Notes under the pieces: model-generated
The model's input: only the letters and a program-made list of their open reading frames with translations
Told to the model about the DNA's origin: nothing
The model's database searches: none
NCBI GenBank assembly: GCA_028871795.1
Contig: JAGWMG010000006.1
Span: forward strand, 41,051-105,050
Origin: Alphaproteobacteria bacterium
GTDB taxonomy: Bacteria > Pseudomonadota > Alphaproteobacteria > Micropepsales > Micropepsaceae
Direction: 5' to 3'
Length of the DNA: 64,000 nucleotides
Program-made: the position numbers and the translations under genes
Shown here: one piece after another, positions 31,428 to 41,444 of the stretch
How positions within the stretch are numbered: position 1 is the first letter of the stretch
Layout of the letters: the number at the start of each line of letters is the position of its first letter

Positions 31428-31614
31428 CGTCATGGCCGGGTCTGACCTCGCCCTACATCTCCACCCTTCGTCATGGCCGGGCTTGACCCGGCCATCCAGC
31501 GAATAAATGGAGTCTTCCGCCGCGCGGACGCGTGGCGGCTGGATGGCCGCCTCTCAAGGGCGGCCATGACGAATTGGGGTGTGGCGGCTGTCCTACCTCA
31601 GCCCGGCCATGACG
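31428..31614. repeat. Cluster of four CGTC-tagged REP-like palindromes (31428-31447 partial +, 31469-31500 +, 31538-31571 -, 31598-31614 partial -)
   Basis: Consensus CGTC-ATGGCCG(NN)-CTTGA-(NN)CGGCCAT-CCAGC; inner pair inverted around hairpin ccgccgcgcggacgcgtggcgg. Confidence 0.9.
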
Positions 31615-31633
31615 AGTGGGGAGAGGCGGTAGA

Positions 31634-31921
31634 TTAGAATAGGTCGCCATACAAATCCCGCCAGTCGGGATTCATTTTCTCGATCAGCGCCAGTTTCCAC
31701 TTTCGCGGCCAGCGCTTCAGGCTTGTTTCGCGCTGGATCGCGTCGGTAATCAACGCCCACTCTTCGTACCAGACGAGCATCGTCACCTTGTAGCGCTTGA
31801 CGAAATCCGACCCCCGGCCCTCGCGATGTTGCGTGACGCGCTCGCCCAAATTGCTCGTCACGCCGAGATACAGCGTGCCGTTGCGTTTGCTCGCCATGAT
31901 GTAGACGAACCCCCGGCGCAT
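31634..31921 (-). CDS. Stand-alone GIY-YIG endonuclease (small YhbQ/UPF0213-related type)
   Basis: FVYIMAS...TLYLGVTSNL..RV.QH, AIQRE (catalytic Glu), KRWPRKWKLALIEKMNPDWRDL. Confidence 0.92.
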   Translation of the reverse strand: MRRGFVYIMASKRNGTLYLGVTSNLGERVTQHREGRGSDFVKRYKVTMLVWYEEWALITDAIQRETSLKRWPRKWKLALIEKMNPDWRDLYGDLF

Positions 31922-31937
31922 TCGGGAAGTCTGAAAG

Positions 31938-31969
31938 GCTGGATGGCCGGGTCAAGCCCGGCCATGACG
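31938..31969 (-). repeat. CGTC-tagged REP-like palindrome upstream of GIY-YIG gene
   Basis: Exact reverse complement of 31469-31500. Confidence 0.92.
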
Positions 31970-32022
31970 AATGTAGGGGATTGACGGGAACGTCTTTCGC
32001 GTTCGCCGCGACCGCCTCGCAT

Positions 32023-32487
32023 TCACGCCTGCTCGACGCGGCAGGCGTAACAGCCGCGCTTGGCGTTATGGATGTGGACATAGGCGCTGCCGTCGCGCGC
32101 GAACAGCCGCGACAAAGCAGACTCCACATCGTCGCCGGGAACCACATCGGCGTCGACGATCATTCCGTCCGCGTCGTATGCCCTTAGCGAAAGAAGACGA
32201 CCTCGCAGAACCGGCGGCACGTCCGTGCTGTCATACGGCGCCCCGGCGCTTTCCCGCACGAAGATCGGGCCGGTGGCGCGATAGGGCGAATGCGCCGGCT
32301 GGTGCTCGAAATTGGCGAGCAGAACGCGCTCTCCAGGCTCGGCATCTTCCAGGCTGACGCGGCAAGGAAACCCAGGCTTGGCATCGGCAATCATGCGCCG
32401 CATGCCGCGCGCCGCCAGTTCGCCGTCGCCGAGCGCAAACAAGGACCGGAATGGGGCAACCGACAGCCCTTGGAAACGGAATTTCAT
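32023..32487 (-). CDS. DUF1203 domain protein
   Basis: PGFPCRVSLEDAEPGE.VLL.N, SPYRATGPIFV, LSLRAYD, YVHIHNAKRGCYAC. Confidence 0.85.
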   Translation of the reverse strand: MKFRFQGLSVAPFRSLFALGDGELAARGMRRMIADAKPGFPCRVSLEDAEPGERVLLANFEHQPAHSPYRATGPIFVRESAGAPYDSTDVPPVLRGRLLSLRAYDADGMIVDADVVPGDDVESALSRLFARDGSAYVHIHNAKRGCYACRVEQA

Positions 32488-32602
32488 GCATACCTCCTTT
32501 GCAGGAGGCGTTTATGGGATGCGGTCGCGTCCGCATCGACCCGTTTCTTGCGGCCCGGTCCTTGCGACGCGACGGCGGCACGTATCAGAACGAGACACCG
32601 CC

Positions 32603-33118
32603 ATGCTCCGCCTCGCCGCCGCCGGTCTTGCTCTCGCCGCCTTCGCCGCCAACCCCGCCTACGGCCAAGAAACCCAAATCGTCAATCTCGCCGCCTTCGC
32701 CGCGACCGCCAACAGCCAAGGCACGCAGACCGCCTATCTGGACGCCGTCGCCTCCATCAAGGCGGGCCATCACGATTGTCCCTATTGCGTGCTCGCGGGC
32801 GCGGATTTGGCCAACACCTGCGTCAAAGGGGGAAATCTGAGGGGTGCGGATTTCGACAACGCGCGCCTCGTCCTGATGTGCATGAGTTTCGCCGATTTCA
32901 GGGGCGCCACGTTCCGTCGCGCCGACCTTTCGGGCGCCAACCTGGCCAGCGCCGATCTCGACGGCGCGGACCTCACCGGCGCCAACATGACGATCACCTC
33001 GATCAAGGGCGCCGACCTGACGCATGTCCGGGGTCTCACCCAGAAACAACTCGACGCGGCCTGCGGCGATACCGACACCAAGGTGCCTTCCGGCATGAAG
33101 GTGCAAACCTGTTCGTAA
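32603..33118 (+). CDS. Secreted pentapeptide repeat protein
   Basis: Signal peptide ending AYG; A(D/N)LXX repeats (ADLSG ANLAS ADLDG ADLTG ANMT); six Cys. Confidence 0.85.
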   Translation: MLRLAAAGLALAAFAANPAYGQETQIVNLAAFAATANSQGTQTAYLDAVASIKAGHHDCPYCVLAGADLANTCVKGGNLRGADFDNARLVLMCMSFADFRGATFRRADLSGANLASADLDGADLTGANMTITSIKGADLTHVRGLTQKQLDAACGDTDTKVPSGMKVQTCS

Positions 33119-33153
33119 CGAGTTTCCTTTAGCCTCCTGGGACACGAACTTGG

Positions 33154-33181
33154 CCCCGGCTCGAGTTATGCCGGGGTTTTT
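33154..33181 (+). terminator. Intrinsic terminator
   Basis: ccccggc-tcgagttat-gccgggg followed by ttttt. Confidence 0.7.
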
Positions 33182-33182
33182 C

Positions 33183-34748
33183 TTATTCCGCGGCCTTGGG
33201 CATCTCCTTCGGCTTCCAGCGCAGCACCGGCTTGCGCGACGCCGCCGTTTCGTCGAGCCGGCGGCGCGGAACCAGGCGCGGCGCGCCCTCGAAGCGCTCG
33301 CGCTTTCCGGCTTTCGCCTCCAGCGCCATTGTCCCCAGCACGCGGATGAAACGGTCGAGGCTTTCCTTCGATTCCGATTCCGTCGGCTCGATCAGCATGG
33401 CCCCGTGGACCACCAGCGGGAAGTACACGGTCATCGGGTGATAGCCCTCGTCGATCATCGCCTTGGCGAAATCGAGCGTGGTGACGCCGCTGTCGTGCAG
33501 GAATTCGTCGTCGAACAGCGCCTCGTGCATGCAGGGCCCTTCGAACGGCGCGCTCATCGCGTCCTTCAGCGAGGCCAGGATGTAGTTCGCCGACAGCACC
33601 GCGTCTTCGCTCGCCTGGCGAATGCCGTCGCGGCCATGGCTGAGCATGGTGGCAAGCGCGCGCACGAACATGCCCATCTGGCCGTGGAAGGCGCACATGC
33701 GGCCGAACGGCCTGGCCCCGGCAGGAACCTCATCGCGATCCTCGATCAGGCGAAAACCGCTTGCATCATGCACGAGCAGCGGCAGCGGCGCGAACGGCGC
33801 CAGCGCGGCGGATAGCACCACCGGTCCCGCACCCGGCCCGCCGCCGCCGTGCGGCGTCGAGAAGGTCTTGTGCAGGTTGATGTGCATCGCATCGACGCCG
33901 AGATCGCCGGGACGCACGCGTCCGGCGATGGCGTTGAAATTCGCGCCGTCGCAATAGAAATAGGCACCCGCCTTGTGCACCAGTTGGGCGATGCGCAGGA
34001 CATCACGCTCGAACAGGCCGCAGGTGTTCGGGTTGGTCAGCATGACGGCGCCGACGTCGGGGCCGAGCTTGGCTTCCAGAGCGGCGACATCGACGCGGCC
34101 TTTCGGCGTGGCCTTGATCTCATCGACCGTGAAGCCCGCGAACGTGGCCGTCGCGGGATTGGTGCCGTGCGCCGATTCGGGAACCAGCACGCGAGGGCGC
34201 TGTTCGCCACGCGCTGCGATGGCGGCACGGATCGTCAACATGCCGCAAAGCTCGCCGTGGGCGCCCGCCTTGGGGACCATGGTCACCGCCGGCATGCCGG
34301 TCAGCGCGGTGAGCCAGCGCATCAGTTCCCCGATCAGCGCCAGCGCGCCCTGTGCGGCCGACAGCGGCGCCAGCGGATGTAGGTCGCCGAAGCCGGGCAG
34401 CCGCGCCAGCTTCTCGTTGAGGCGCGGATTATGCTTCATCGTGCAGGAACCGAGCGGGTAAAGGCCGGCATCGATGGAATAGTTCATCCGCGACAGGCGC
34501 ACGTAATGGCGCACCACTTCCGGCTCGGAAAGTCCCGGCAGGCCGATGGGACCCTTGCGCCGTTGTCCTGCGAGACGGGATTCAGCGATCTCGACGCGAG
34601 GAATGTCCACGCCGGACATGCCCGGCCGGCCGAGTTCGAAAATCAGCCTTTCCTCATGGTCCATGCCCCGGTCGCCGGAGATGGTGGCAGGCTCGCGCGT
34701 TTGGCCGGCGCCCGTCGCGGTAGGGCTGCCTTGATTGTTCATGGTCAT
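33183..34748 (-). CDS. gcvPB: Glycine dehydrogenase (decarboxylating) subunit 2
   Basis: [50 protein letters not shown]. Confidence 0.95.
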   Translation of the reverse strand: MTMNNQGSPTATGAGQTREPATISGDRGMDHEERLIFELGRPGMSGVDIPRVEIAESRLAGQRRKGPIGLPGLSEPEVVRHYVRLSRMNYSIDAGLYPLGSCTMKHNPRLNEKLARLPGFGDLHPLAPLSAAQGALALIGELMRWLTALTGMPAVTMVPKAGAHGELCGMLTIRAAIAARGEQRPRVLVPESAHGTNPATATFAGFTVDEIKATPKGRVDVAALEAKLGPDVGAVMLTNPNTCGLFERDVLRIAQLVHKAGAYFYCDGANFNAIAGRVRPGDLGVDAMHINLHKTFSTPHGGGGPGAGPVVLSAALAPFAPLPLLVHDASGFRLIEDRDEVPAGARPFGRMCAFHGQMGMFVRALATMLSHGRDGIRQASEDAVLSANYILASLKDAMSAPFEGPCMHEALFDDEFLHDSGVTTLDFAKAMIDEGYHPMTVYFPLVVHGAMLIEPTESESKESLDRFIRVLGTMALEAKAGKRERFEGAPRLVPRRRLDETAASRKPVLRWKPKEMPKAAE

Positions 34749-36091
34749 GGCAGGACATCCCCGAGCATCTTGGCGAAGGCTGCACAGTCTTCTTCGGTGT
34801 TGGTCTCGGTGGCGGCGACGATCAGAAGATCGCGCGCCGCCGGCTCGTGCGGCAACAACCGCGAAGCAGGCACGCCGGCGAGAATCCCCTTCGCCGCCAT
34901 CGCCTCCACCACCCCGGCAGCGGGCTTGGGCAGCCGCAGCGCGAATTCGTTGAAGAAGAACGGCGTCATCAGCGACACGCCGTTCAGCTTTGCGAGACGA
35001 TCGGCCAGCGCCGCCGCCTTGGCGTGATTGGCGCGCGCCAGACGCGTAAAGCCGTCCTCGCCGAGCAGCGACAAATGGATGGTGAAAGCCAGCGCGCAAA
35101 GGCCGGAGTTCGTGCAGATGTTGCTGGTCGCCTTCTCGCGGCGGATGTGCTGCTCGCGGGTGGACAGCGTCAGCACGTAACCGCGCCGCCCTTCCGCATC
35201 GACCGTTTCGCCCGACAGCCGGCCCGGCATCTGGCGGATGAACTTCTCGCGCGTCGCGAACAGGCCGACATACGGTCCGCCGAAGCTGAGGCCGTTGCCG
35301 ATGGATTGTCCTTCGGCAGCCACGATGTCGGCGCCCTGATGTCCCGGCGGCTCGATCAAGCCGAGAGAGACGATTTCCGTCACCACGGCAACCAGCAGCG
35401 CGCCCTTGGCGTGGGCCGCTTCGGCCACGGGCTTGAGATCGCGGATCAGGCCGAAAACGTCGGGGCTCTGCACCACGACACAGGAGGTTTCCTCGTCGAT
35501 CAGAGCGGCGATGTCCTCGGCGCGGCCGGGACGCACGGGTGCGCGCACGACCGTGCCGGACAAACCGGCGACCGTTTCGACCGTCTCGGCGTAATGGGGG
35601 TGCAGCCCGCCGGACAGAACGGCCTTCGGGCGCTTCGTCAGCCGCTGGGCCATCAGCACGGCCTCGGCCGTGGCGGTCGAGCCGTCGTAGAGCGAGGCGT
35701 TGGCCACCTCCATGCCGGTGAGAAGCGCGACTTGCGTCTGGAACTCGAAGAGATATTGCAGCGTGCCTTGCGCGATCTCCGGCTGATACGGCGTGTAGGA
35801 GGTGAGGAATTCCGAGCGCTGGATCAGATGATCGACCGCCGCCGGAACGTGATGCTTGTAGGCGCCCGCCCCGCAGAAGAACGGTCCCGCGCCCGCCGCC
35901 ACGTTCCGCGCGGCAAGGCGCGAAAGGGCGCGTTCCACCTCGATCTCGCCCTGGCCGTCCGGAAGTTCGAAAGCGGACAGCGGCACCACCGCCGATTTGG
36001 GCACGTCGCGGAACAGCGCATCGACATCGCGCGCGCCGATCTTCGCGAGCATCGCGGCGCGGTCGTCGTTCGTCAGCGGCAGGTAACGCAT
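34745..36091 (-). CDS. gcvPA: Glycine dehydrogenase (decarboxylating) subunit 1
   Basis: [46 protein letters not shown]. Confidence 0.95.
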   Translation of the reverse strand: MRYLPLTNDDRAAMLAKIGARDVDALFRDVPKSAVVPLSAFELPDGQGEIEVERALSRLAARNVAAGAGPFFCGAGAYKHHVPAAVDHLIQRSEFLTSYTPYQPEIAQGTLQYLFEFQTQVALLTGMEVANASLYDGSTATAEAVLMAQRLTKRPKAVLSGGLHPHYAETVETVAGLSGTVVRAPVRPGRAEDIAALIDEETSCVVVQSPDVFGLIRDLKPVAEAAHAKGALLVAVVTEIVSLGLIEPPGHQGADIVAAEGQSIGNGLSFGGPYVGLFATREKFIRQMPGRLSGETVDAEGRRGYVLTLSTREQHIRREKATSNICTNSGLCALAFTIHLSLLGEDGFTRLARANHAKAAALADRLAKLNGVSLMTPFFFNEFALRLPKPAAGVVEAMAAKGILAGVPASRLLPHEPAARDLLIVAATETNTEEDCAAFAKMLGDVLP

Positions 36092-36093
36092 TG

Positions 36094-36468
36094 CTACAGA
36101 CCTTTCACGTAATCCGCATACTGACCGGCGGTCATCAGGGCGGAAAGTTCCGCCGCGTTCGCCAGCTTCAGCTTGAAGAACCAGCCCTCGCCCTCGGGAT
36201 CGGCATTGACCTTGGCGGGGTCGTCGTTGAGCGCTTCGTTCGCCGCGGTGACGGAACCGCCGACCGGCGCATAGATCTCGCTGGCCGCCTTTACGCTTTC
36301 GACCACGGCAGCCTCGGCGCCCTTGGCGAGACTGCGCCCGATCTTCGGCAGTTCGACATAGACGACATCGCCCAATTGCTCGGTGGCATAGCGGGTGATG
36401 CCGACGGTGCCCTCGCCGCCGTCCACGCGGACCCATTCGTGCTGGTCGGTAAACCGTGTCTCGTTCAT
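36094..36468 (-). CDS. gcvH: Glycine cleavage system H protein
   Basis: [27 protein letters not shown] lipoyl-Lys motif. Confidence 0.96.
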   Translation of the reverse strand: MNETRFTDQHEWVRVDGGEGTVGITRYATEQLGDVVYVELPKIGRSLAKGAEAAVVESVKAASEIYAPVGGSVTAANEALNDDPAKVNADPEGEGWFFKLKLANAAELSALMTAGQYADYVKGL

Positions 36469-36486
36469 GTCCTCACTCCCAAATAT

Positions 36487-37608
36487 TCATTTCGCACGCT
36501 TGTAGCCGTGCGGCACGAACGGCATCGGCGCCACGCGCGCCGGCAGGGCCTTGCCGCGCACCAGCAGGCCGATCTCGGTTCCGTCCGCCGCGAATGCGGT
36601 TTCGACGTACCCCATCGCGACGGGCGCATTCAGGCTCGGCGCGAAGCCGCCGCTGGTGATGCGCCCGATGACGCGGCCGGACTTGTCCGCGATTTGTGTA
36701 CCGTCGCGCGCCGGCGCCTTGCCGTCGAGGCGAATGCCCACGCGCTTGCGGGCCGTACCGTTGACAATCTCGCCGACGATTTTTTCCGCGGCGGGGAAAT
36801 CCTTTTCCAGCTTGCGGCGCTTGCCGATCGCCCAGACGAGACTGGCCTCCACCGGATCGGTGGTCTCGTCGATGTCGTGTCCGTAAAGGCAAAGGCCGGC
36901 CTCGAGCCGCAGCGAATCGCGCGCGCCCAGGCCGATAGGAAGCACCTCCGGTTCCTTCAGCAGCGCACGCGCCACCGCCTCGGCGTGCTTGGCGGCAATG
37001 GAAATCTCGAAACCGTCCTCGCCCGTATAGCCCGTGCGGCTGACGATCGCCGGCACGCCGGCAACTTCCGTGCGCACCGCCTTCATAAAGCTCAGCGCCT
37101 CGACGCCTGGCGCGTGACGCGCCAACGCTGCCGCGGCGGCCGGTCCCTGCAGCGCCAACAGGGCGCGTTCCGGCTGTGGCGCGATTGTGGCCAAGCCTTT
37201 CAGCCGCTCGGCGATATAGGCGAAGTCGGATTCCTTCATCGACGCGTTGACGACGAGGTAGAGGTCACTCTCGCCCGCCAGCCGCGTCGTCATAAAATCG
37301 TCCTTGATGCCGCCCTCGTCGTTGAGCAGCAGGCCGTAGCGCTGCATGCCTTCCTTCAGGCCGGCGACATCGGCGGGCGTGACGCGTTCCAGCGCGCGCG
37401 CCGCATCGGCGCCGGAGAGGAACGCCTGGCCCATATGCGAGGTGTCGAACAGGCCGGCCTTCGCGCGCGTATGCAGGTGTTCCTTGACGATGCCGGTGGG
37501 ATACTGCACGGGCATGTCGTAGCCCGCGAACGGCACCATCTTGGCGCCCAGCTCGACGTGCAGAGCGTGGAGCGGCGTCTTGCGAAGAAGGCTTGTCGTC
37601 TGTGCCAT
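36487..37608 (-). CDS. gcvT: Glycine cleavage system aminomethyltransferase T
   Basis: KTPLH, GLFDTSHMG, SRTGYTGEDGFE, GLGARDSLRLEAGLCLYG. Confidence 0.96.
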   Translation of the reverse strand: MAQTTSLLRKTPLHALHVELGAKMVPFAGYDMPVQYPTGIVKEHLHTRAKAGLFDTSHMGQAFLSGADAARALERVTPADVAGLKEGMQRYGLLLNDEGGIKDDFMTTRLAGESDLYLVVNASMKESDFAYIAERLKGLATIAPQPERALLALQGPAAAAALARHAPGVEALSFMKAVRTEVAGVPAIVSRTGYTGEDGFEISIAAKHAEAVARALLKEPEVLPIGLGARDSLRLEAGLCLYGHDIDETTDPVEASLVWAIGKRRKLEKDFPAAEKIVGEIVNGTARKRVGIRLDGKAPARDGTQIADKSGRVIGRITSGGFAPSLNAPVAMGYVETAFAADGTEIGLLVRGKALPARVAPMPFVPHGYKRAK

Positions 37609-37667
37609 GACGGTCCGACCAAGAGGTTGTTGCGGCGCGATCCGCCCATCCGTGGACGAAACCCGCG

Positions 37668-37886
37668 CCCCTCTGTCATCGGACCTGAGAGATTTCCCCC
37701 GGGCCCGTTCCCAAAAGGAACCGGCCCGAGATTACCCCTTCGGTGAGGGCCGCAACGCTTGCGGCCCCGCTTTCCAGAAGTTCATCCCCTTCGCGGTCCT
37801 TTTTGCCTGAGAGTTTCCGGGGCGGTTGCTCCTTCGGCCCCCTCCGTCGCCCAAGGCTGCGGAGGATGTCTCCCGCGAGGGATCTT
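37668..37886 (-). ncRNA. Tandem glycine riboswitch
   Basis: Two aptamers: CGCGGGAGA...CCGAAGGAGCAA...AAACTCTCAGGCAAAAAGGACCGCG and CTGGAAAG...CACCGAAGGGGTAA...AATCTCTCAGG...GACAGAG; leader gatccct pairs with linker aggggat; upstream of gcvT. Confidence 0.93.
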
Positions 37887-37935
37887 TTGCTCGCCGCCTC
37901 GGGCGCGCCTCGCGGCGGGCCCGTGCGTCGAGGGC

Positions 37936-37963
37936 ATCATAGGGGGGACCATAGGGGAGTCAA
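37936..37963 (-). promoter_or_regulatory. Putative sigma70 promoter of gcv operon
   Basis: TTGACT-N16-TATGAT on minus strand ~50 bp upstream of the riboswitch. Confidence 0.6.
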
Positions 37964-37990
37964 CGCAGGCGAGGCCACAATCGAATGTGC

Positions 37991-39757
37991 TCACATTCTC
38001 TGCGGGATTTCGATGCCGAGAAGGTCCAAAACCTTGGTAAGCGCCGCCAGCGTGAGCCCGGCCAGGCCGAGACGGGCGGCGCGCAGGGCCGCATCCTTTT
38101 CCGACAGGATGTGATGCTCGGAATAAAACCGGCTGAAGATCTGGGCGAGCGTAAAGGCGTAATCGCACAATATGTTCGGCGCGCGTTTGCCTTCCGCCGC
38201 GGCCATCGCGTCCGGCAGCGCCAGCAATTGCAGGATCAGCGCCCGCTCTTCGGGCGTTTGAAGAATGGACCGGGCGGCGGGAGCCATGTCCTGCGCCTGC
38301 GCCTTGCGCAGGATCGATTGGATGCGGACCGCCGCATATTGCAGGTAGGGGCCGGTCTTGCCCTCGAAACGCGTGAAGCGCGCGAGGTCGAAGACGTAGT
38401 CCGTAAGGCGGTAATTCGAAAGATCGGCGAACTTGAGCGCGGCGATTCCCACCTTGCGGGCGATGTCGTTACGCTCGTCTTCGGGGTATTCCTTCGCCAG
38501 CCCGGCCTCGGCGAGCCGCTTTTTCGCCTCCTCGGTGGTCATGGCGATGAGATCGTAGAGCTTCATCACGCCGCCGGCGCGCGTCTTGAACGGCTTACCG
38601 TCCGCCCCGTTCATGGTGCCGAAACCGGCATGTTCGAGTTCGGCTTTGCCGTTGAGGCGGGCTTTGCGCGCGGCGCGGAACACCTGCTCGAAATGGCCGT
38701 GCTGGCGCTGGTCGACGACATAGAGGATGAGGTCCGGATCGCAAGTCTTCACGCGGTCGACGATCGTCGCCAGGTCCGTCGTGCCGTAGAGCACCGCGCC
38801 GTCGGACTTGAGCAGGATGAGCGGCGGCATGTCCTTCTTGTCGCCCGGCTCGGCCACCCGCACGACAAGCGCTCCGTCGCTTTCCTCCGCCAGGCCGCGG
38901 CGCTTCAAATCCTCGATCATCGGCCCCACCAGCGGATCGACGCTGGCCTCGCCGTTCCACAGATCGAAGCCGATGCCGAGGCTCGCGTATTCGCGCCGCA
39001 GCCCGCTCTCGGAAACCTCGACGAAGTGGCGCCACAGCGCGACGTAACCGGGACGCCCCGCCTGCAGTTCGGCGGTCGCGCGGCGCGCCTCTTCCAGCCG
39101 CCCGGGGTCCGCCTTGCAGGCGGCGGCGGCGACGGGATAGATCTCTTCCAGATCGTCCATGGTGACCGGAGATTCCTCCGGGTACGGACCTTCGAAGCCG
39201 GCCTCGAAATAAACCGGCGCGGTGCTGCGCCGACCGATCTCGCCGATGAGCTGGCCCATCTGCAGGCCCCAGTCGCCCAGGTGCACGTCGCTCACCACGG
39301 TCCAGGCGTTGGCCCGGAACAGCCGTTGCAGACAGTCTCCGATGATCGCCGAGCGCAGATGCCCGACATGCATGGGCTTGGCGACGTTGGGACCGCCGAA
39401 ATCGACGACGGCGGTTTTCCCGGCGCCCGACCGCGGCGCCCCGAGCGTCGCGTCCTTGGCCATCGCGCCCATGCGCACGGCGAGCGCGGCGTCGGTTACG
39501 TCCAGATTGATGAAGCCGGGTCCGGCGATTTCGATCCGGGCGAATACCGGATCGGCCTTGAGCCGGTCGGCGATCTTCTGCGCGATCCGCCGCGGATCGG
39601 CGCGCGTCTGCTTTGCCGCCGCCAGCGCGCCGTTGCACTGGAACTGCGCCAGATCGGGCCGGTCCGACGGCTGCACCTGCCCGAACCCGGCAGACAGTCC
39701 CTCGGCCGCGAACGCGCTTCCTGCGATCGCGCTCAGCTCTGCAACGAGCGTCGTCAT
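37991..39757 (-). CDS. argS: Arginine--tRNA ligase
   Basis: IAGPGFIN, GPNVAKPMHVGHLRS (HIGH), FKTRAG, YLQYAAVRIQSI (DALR). Confidence 0.95.
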   Translation of the reverse strand: MTTLVAELSAIAGSAFAAEGLSAGFGQVQPSDRPDLAQFQCNGALAAAKQTRADPRRIAQKIADRLKADPVFARIEIAGPGFINLDVTDAALAVRMGAMAKDATLGAPRSGAGKTAVVDFGGPNVAKPMHVGHLRSAIIGDCLQRLFRANAWTVVSDVHLGDWGLQMGQLIGEIGRRSTAPVYFEAGFEGPYPEESPVTMDDLEEIYPVAAAACKADPGRLEEARRATAELQAGRPGYVALWRHFVEVSESGLRREYASLGIGFDLWNGEASVDPLVGPMIEDLKRRGLAEESDGALVVRVAEPGDKKDMPPLILLKSDGAVLYGTTDLATIVDRVKTCDPDLILYVVDQRQHGHFEQVFRAARKARLNGKAELEHAGFGTMNGADGKPFKTRAGGVMKLYDLIAMTTEEAKKRLAEAGLAKEYPEDERNDIARKVGIAALKFADLSNYRLTDYVFDLARFTRFEGKTGPYLQYAAVRIQSILRKAQAQDMAPAARSILQTPEERALILQLLALPDAMAAAEGKRAPNILCDYAFTLAQIFSRFYSEHHILSEKDAALRAARLGLAGLTLAALTKVLDLLGIEIPQRM

Positions 39758-40317
39758 GGCGCGTATTGCCCCATCTTCTTATTGTATTCGAGCTGCGCCT
39801 TGGTCAGCTGGAAACCCACCAGGAAGTGGTAGTCGTAAGGCATCTTGTCTTTCGCGAATTTCACGACCTCGGACTCGATCACCTCTTCGGCATCGGTGGT
39901 GACGGCGCCGGCGGGAAACGTAAATTCCAGCCAGAACAATTTCTTGTCGAGGAGCTCGCCGCCCGAGGTTACCGCGACGTAATAGGGAACACGATAGTTC
40001 ACCTCGCCCGCGCCCGGCGGGCGCTGGGCGCGCAGCTCGATCTTCAGCCGCGTATCGGCGGTCCTCTCGCTCTTGTCGTAGCTGCACCGGCTCGACACGT
40101 CGGTCATGGCGATCGTGTAGATCACGCCGGAAGGATCGCCCTCCGCCGAGGGGTTGAATGCGGGCAGACTGGCCGTATTCGCCAGAATGGCCGCGTCGGG
40201 GCACTTGGAGGCGCTGTCGGAGCCGATGTAGGAAGAAACCGAATCATATACCGAGCACCCGGCCAGAAGGCCGGCAAGAGCGCATGTCAGTGCGACGTCG
40301 ATAAGTCTGGATTTCAT
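39754..40317 (-). CDS. Hypothetical lipoprotein
   Basis: Lipobox LLAGC; stop overlaps argS start; coding-like composition. Confidence 0.75.
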   Translation of the reverse strand: MKSRLIDVALTCALAGLLAGCSVYDSVSSYIGSDSASKCPDAAILANTASLPAFNPSAEGDPSGVIYTIAMTDVSSRCSYDKSERTADTRLKIELRAQRPPGAGEVNYRVPYYVAVTSGGELLDKKLFWLEFTFPAGAVTTDAEEVIESEVVKFAKDKMPYDYHFLVGFQLTKAQLEYNKKMGQYAP

Positions 40318-40463
40318 GGCTTGTCACAACGCCTTGTTTGTACGGCAGCGGCTGTATCCGCGGGCCGGCCGCTTCTTCGCCTTTTGCTTGACTTTTCAAA
40401 TCCCGCAGTCGACTTCTGGATCAGCGCCCTAGAGCGCTGGGAATGTAGCCAAGCGGGCTCTTC

Positions 40464-41432
40464 ATGGGAAGCACGGAGCAGGAGAAGGCTCAAAAGCCGC
40501 AGCTCAGGCTGCTGCTGGCGGCTCCGCGCGGCTTCTGCGCAGGCGTGGAGCGGGCGACCCAAATCGTCGAACTGGCGCTCGGCAAATTCGGCGCGCCCAT
40601 CTATGTCCGCCACGAAATCGTCCATAACCGCGCCGTCGTCCAGCGATTGGAAGCAATGGGGGCCGTCTTCATCAACGAGTTGGACCAGGCTCCGGACGGG
40701 GCACGGGTGATCTTTTCCGCGCACGGCGTACCCAAATCCGTCCCCGCCGAAGCCAAGCGGCGGCATCTCTTCTATCTGAACGCGACTTGCCCCCTCGTGT
40801 CGAAGGTCCATGCGGAGGCCGAACGTCACCACGCCGCCGGGCGCCATGTCATCCTGATCGGCCATGCGGGCCATCCCGAGGTCGAGGGCACCATGGGCCA
40901 GTTGCCCAAGGGCGCCATTACGCTGGTCGAAACGCTGGCCGATATTGCTGCGTTGAACCCGCCCGATCCCACGCACCTTGCCTTCATCACCCAAACGACG
41001 CTGTCGGTGGACGACGCCCACAAGTTGGTCGCCGCCCTGCACGGCCGCTTTCCGGAGATCGCCGGTCCCCGCAAAGAGGACATCTGCTACGCCACCACCA
41101 ACCGCCAGCAGGCCGTCAAGCGGGTCGCCCCCGCTGCCGATCTGGTGTTGATCGTCGGCGCCCGGAACTCGTCGAATTCGGTCAGACTCGTGGAAGTGGC
41201 CGTGCGCGCCGGCGCCAAACGGGCCGCCCTTATCGAGAATGCCGGCAGCATCGATTGGTCGCTGCTGCAGGGCGTAAAAACGGTGGCGCTCTCGGCGGGC
41301 GCATCGTCACCCGAATCGCTGGTGCGCGACGTGATCGACGCACTGCGCGGGCGCTACGACGTCGCCGTCGAAGAAACCGCGATCACCCGCGAAAACGTGG
41401 CATTCAATCTGCCGCGCGCGCTGGCTTCCTGA
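40464..41432 (+). CDS. ispH: 4-hydroxy-3-methylbut-2-enyl diphosphate reductase
   Basis: [38 protein letters not shown]. Confidence 0.96.
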   Translation: MGSTEQEKAQKPQLRLLLAAPRGFCAGVERATQIVELALGKFGAPIYVRHEIVHNRAVVQRLEAMGAVFINELDQAPDGARVIFSAHGVPKSVPAEAKRRHLFYLNATCPLVSKVHAEAERHHAAGRHVILIGHAGHPEVEGTMGQLPKGAITLVETLADIAALNPPDPTHLAFITQTTLSVDDAHKLVAALHGRFPEIAGPRKEDICYATTNRQQAVKRVAPAADLVLIVGARNSSNSVRLVEVAVRAGAKRAALIENAGSIDWSLLQGVKTVALSAGASSPESLVRDVIDALRGRYDVAVEETAITRENVAFNLPRALAS

Positions 41433-41444
41433 AAGCGCCGCGCG

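Larger units (their letters stand above)
31414..31986. mobile_element. Putative REP-flanked GIY-YIG nuclease element
   Basis: Five CGTC-tagged palindromes around a GIY-YIG gene; perfect 34-bp inverted pair 31467-31500 / 31938-31971; imperfect ~40-bp terminal inverted repeats. Mobility is inferred. Confidence 0.55.

Noticed and set aside
31428-31969. Repeat cluster as a CRISPR array
   Set aside because: Repeats are in both orientations, some partial, spacing irregular; no cas genes.
33183-36091. Split gcvP as a frameshift or pseudogene
   Set aside because: Two-subunit GcvPA/GcvPB is a normal architecture; clean ATGA overlap.
37938-37957. CATAGGGG direct repeat in the gcv promoter spacer as an operator
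   Set aside because: Only two short G-rich copies; no regulator nearby; may be chance.
37991-39757. argS as horizontally acquired because it is outside the dgt-argS-SPOR locus
   Set aside because: Codon use matches host genes and this ArgRS type is plausible for the lineage; cannot be supported without a phylogeny.
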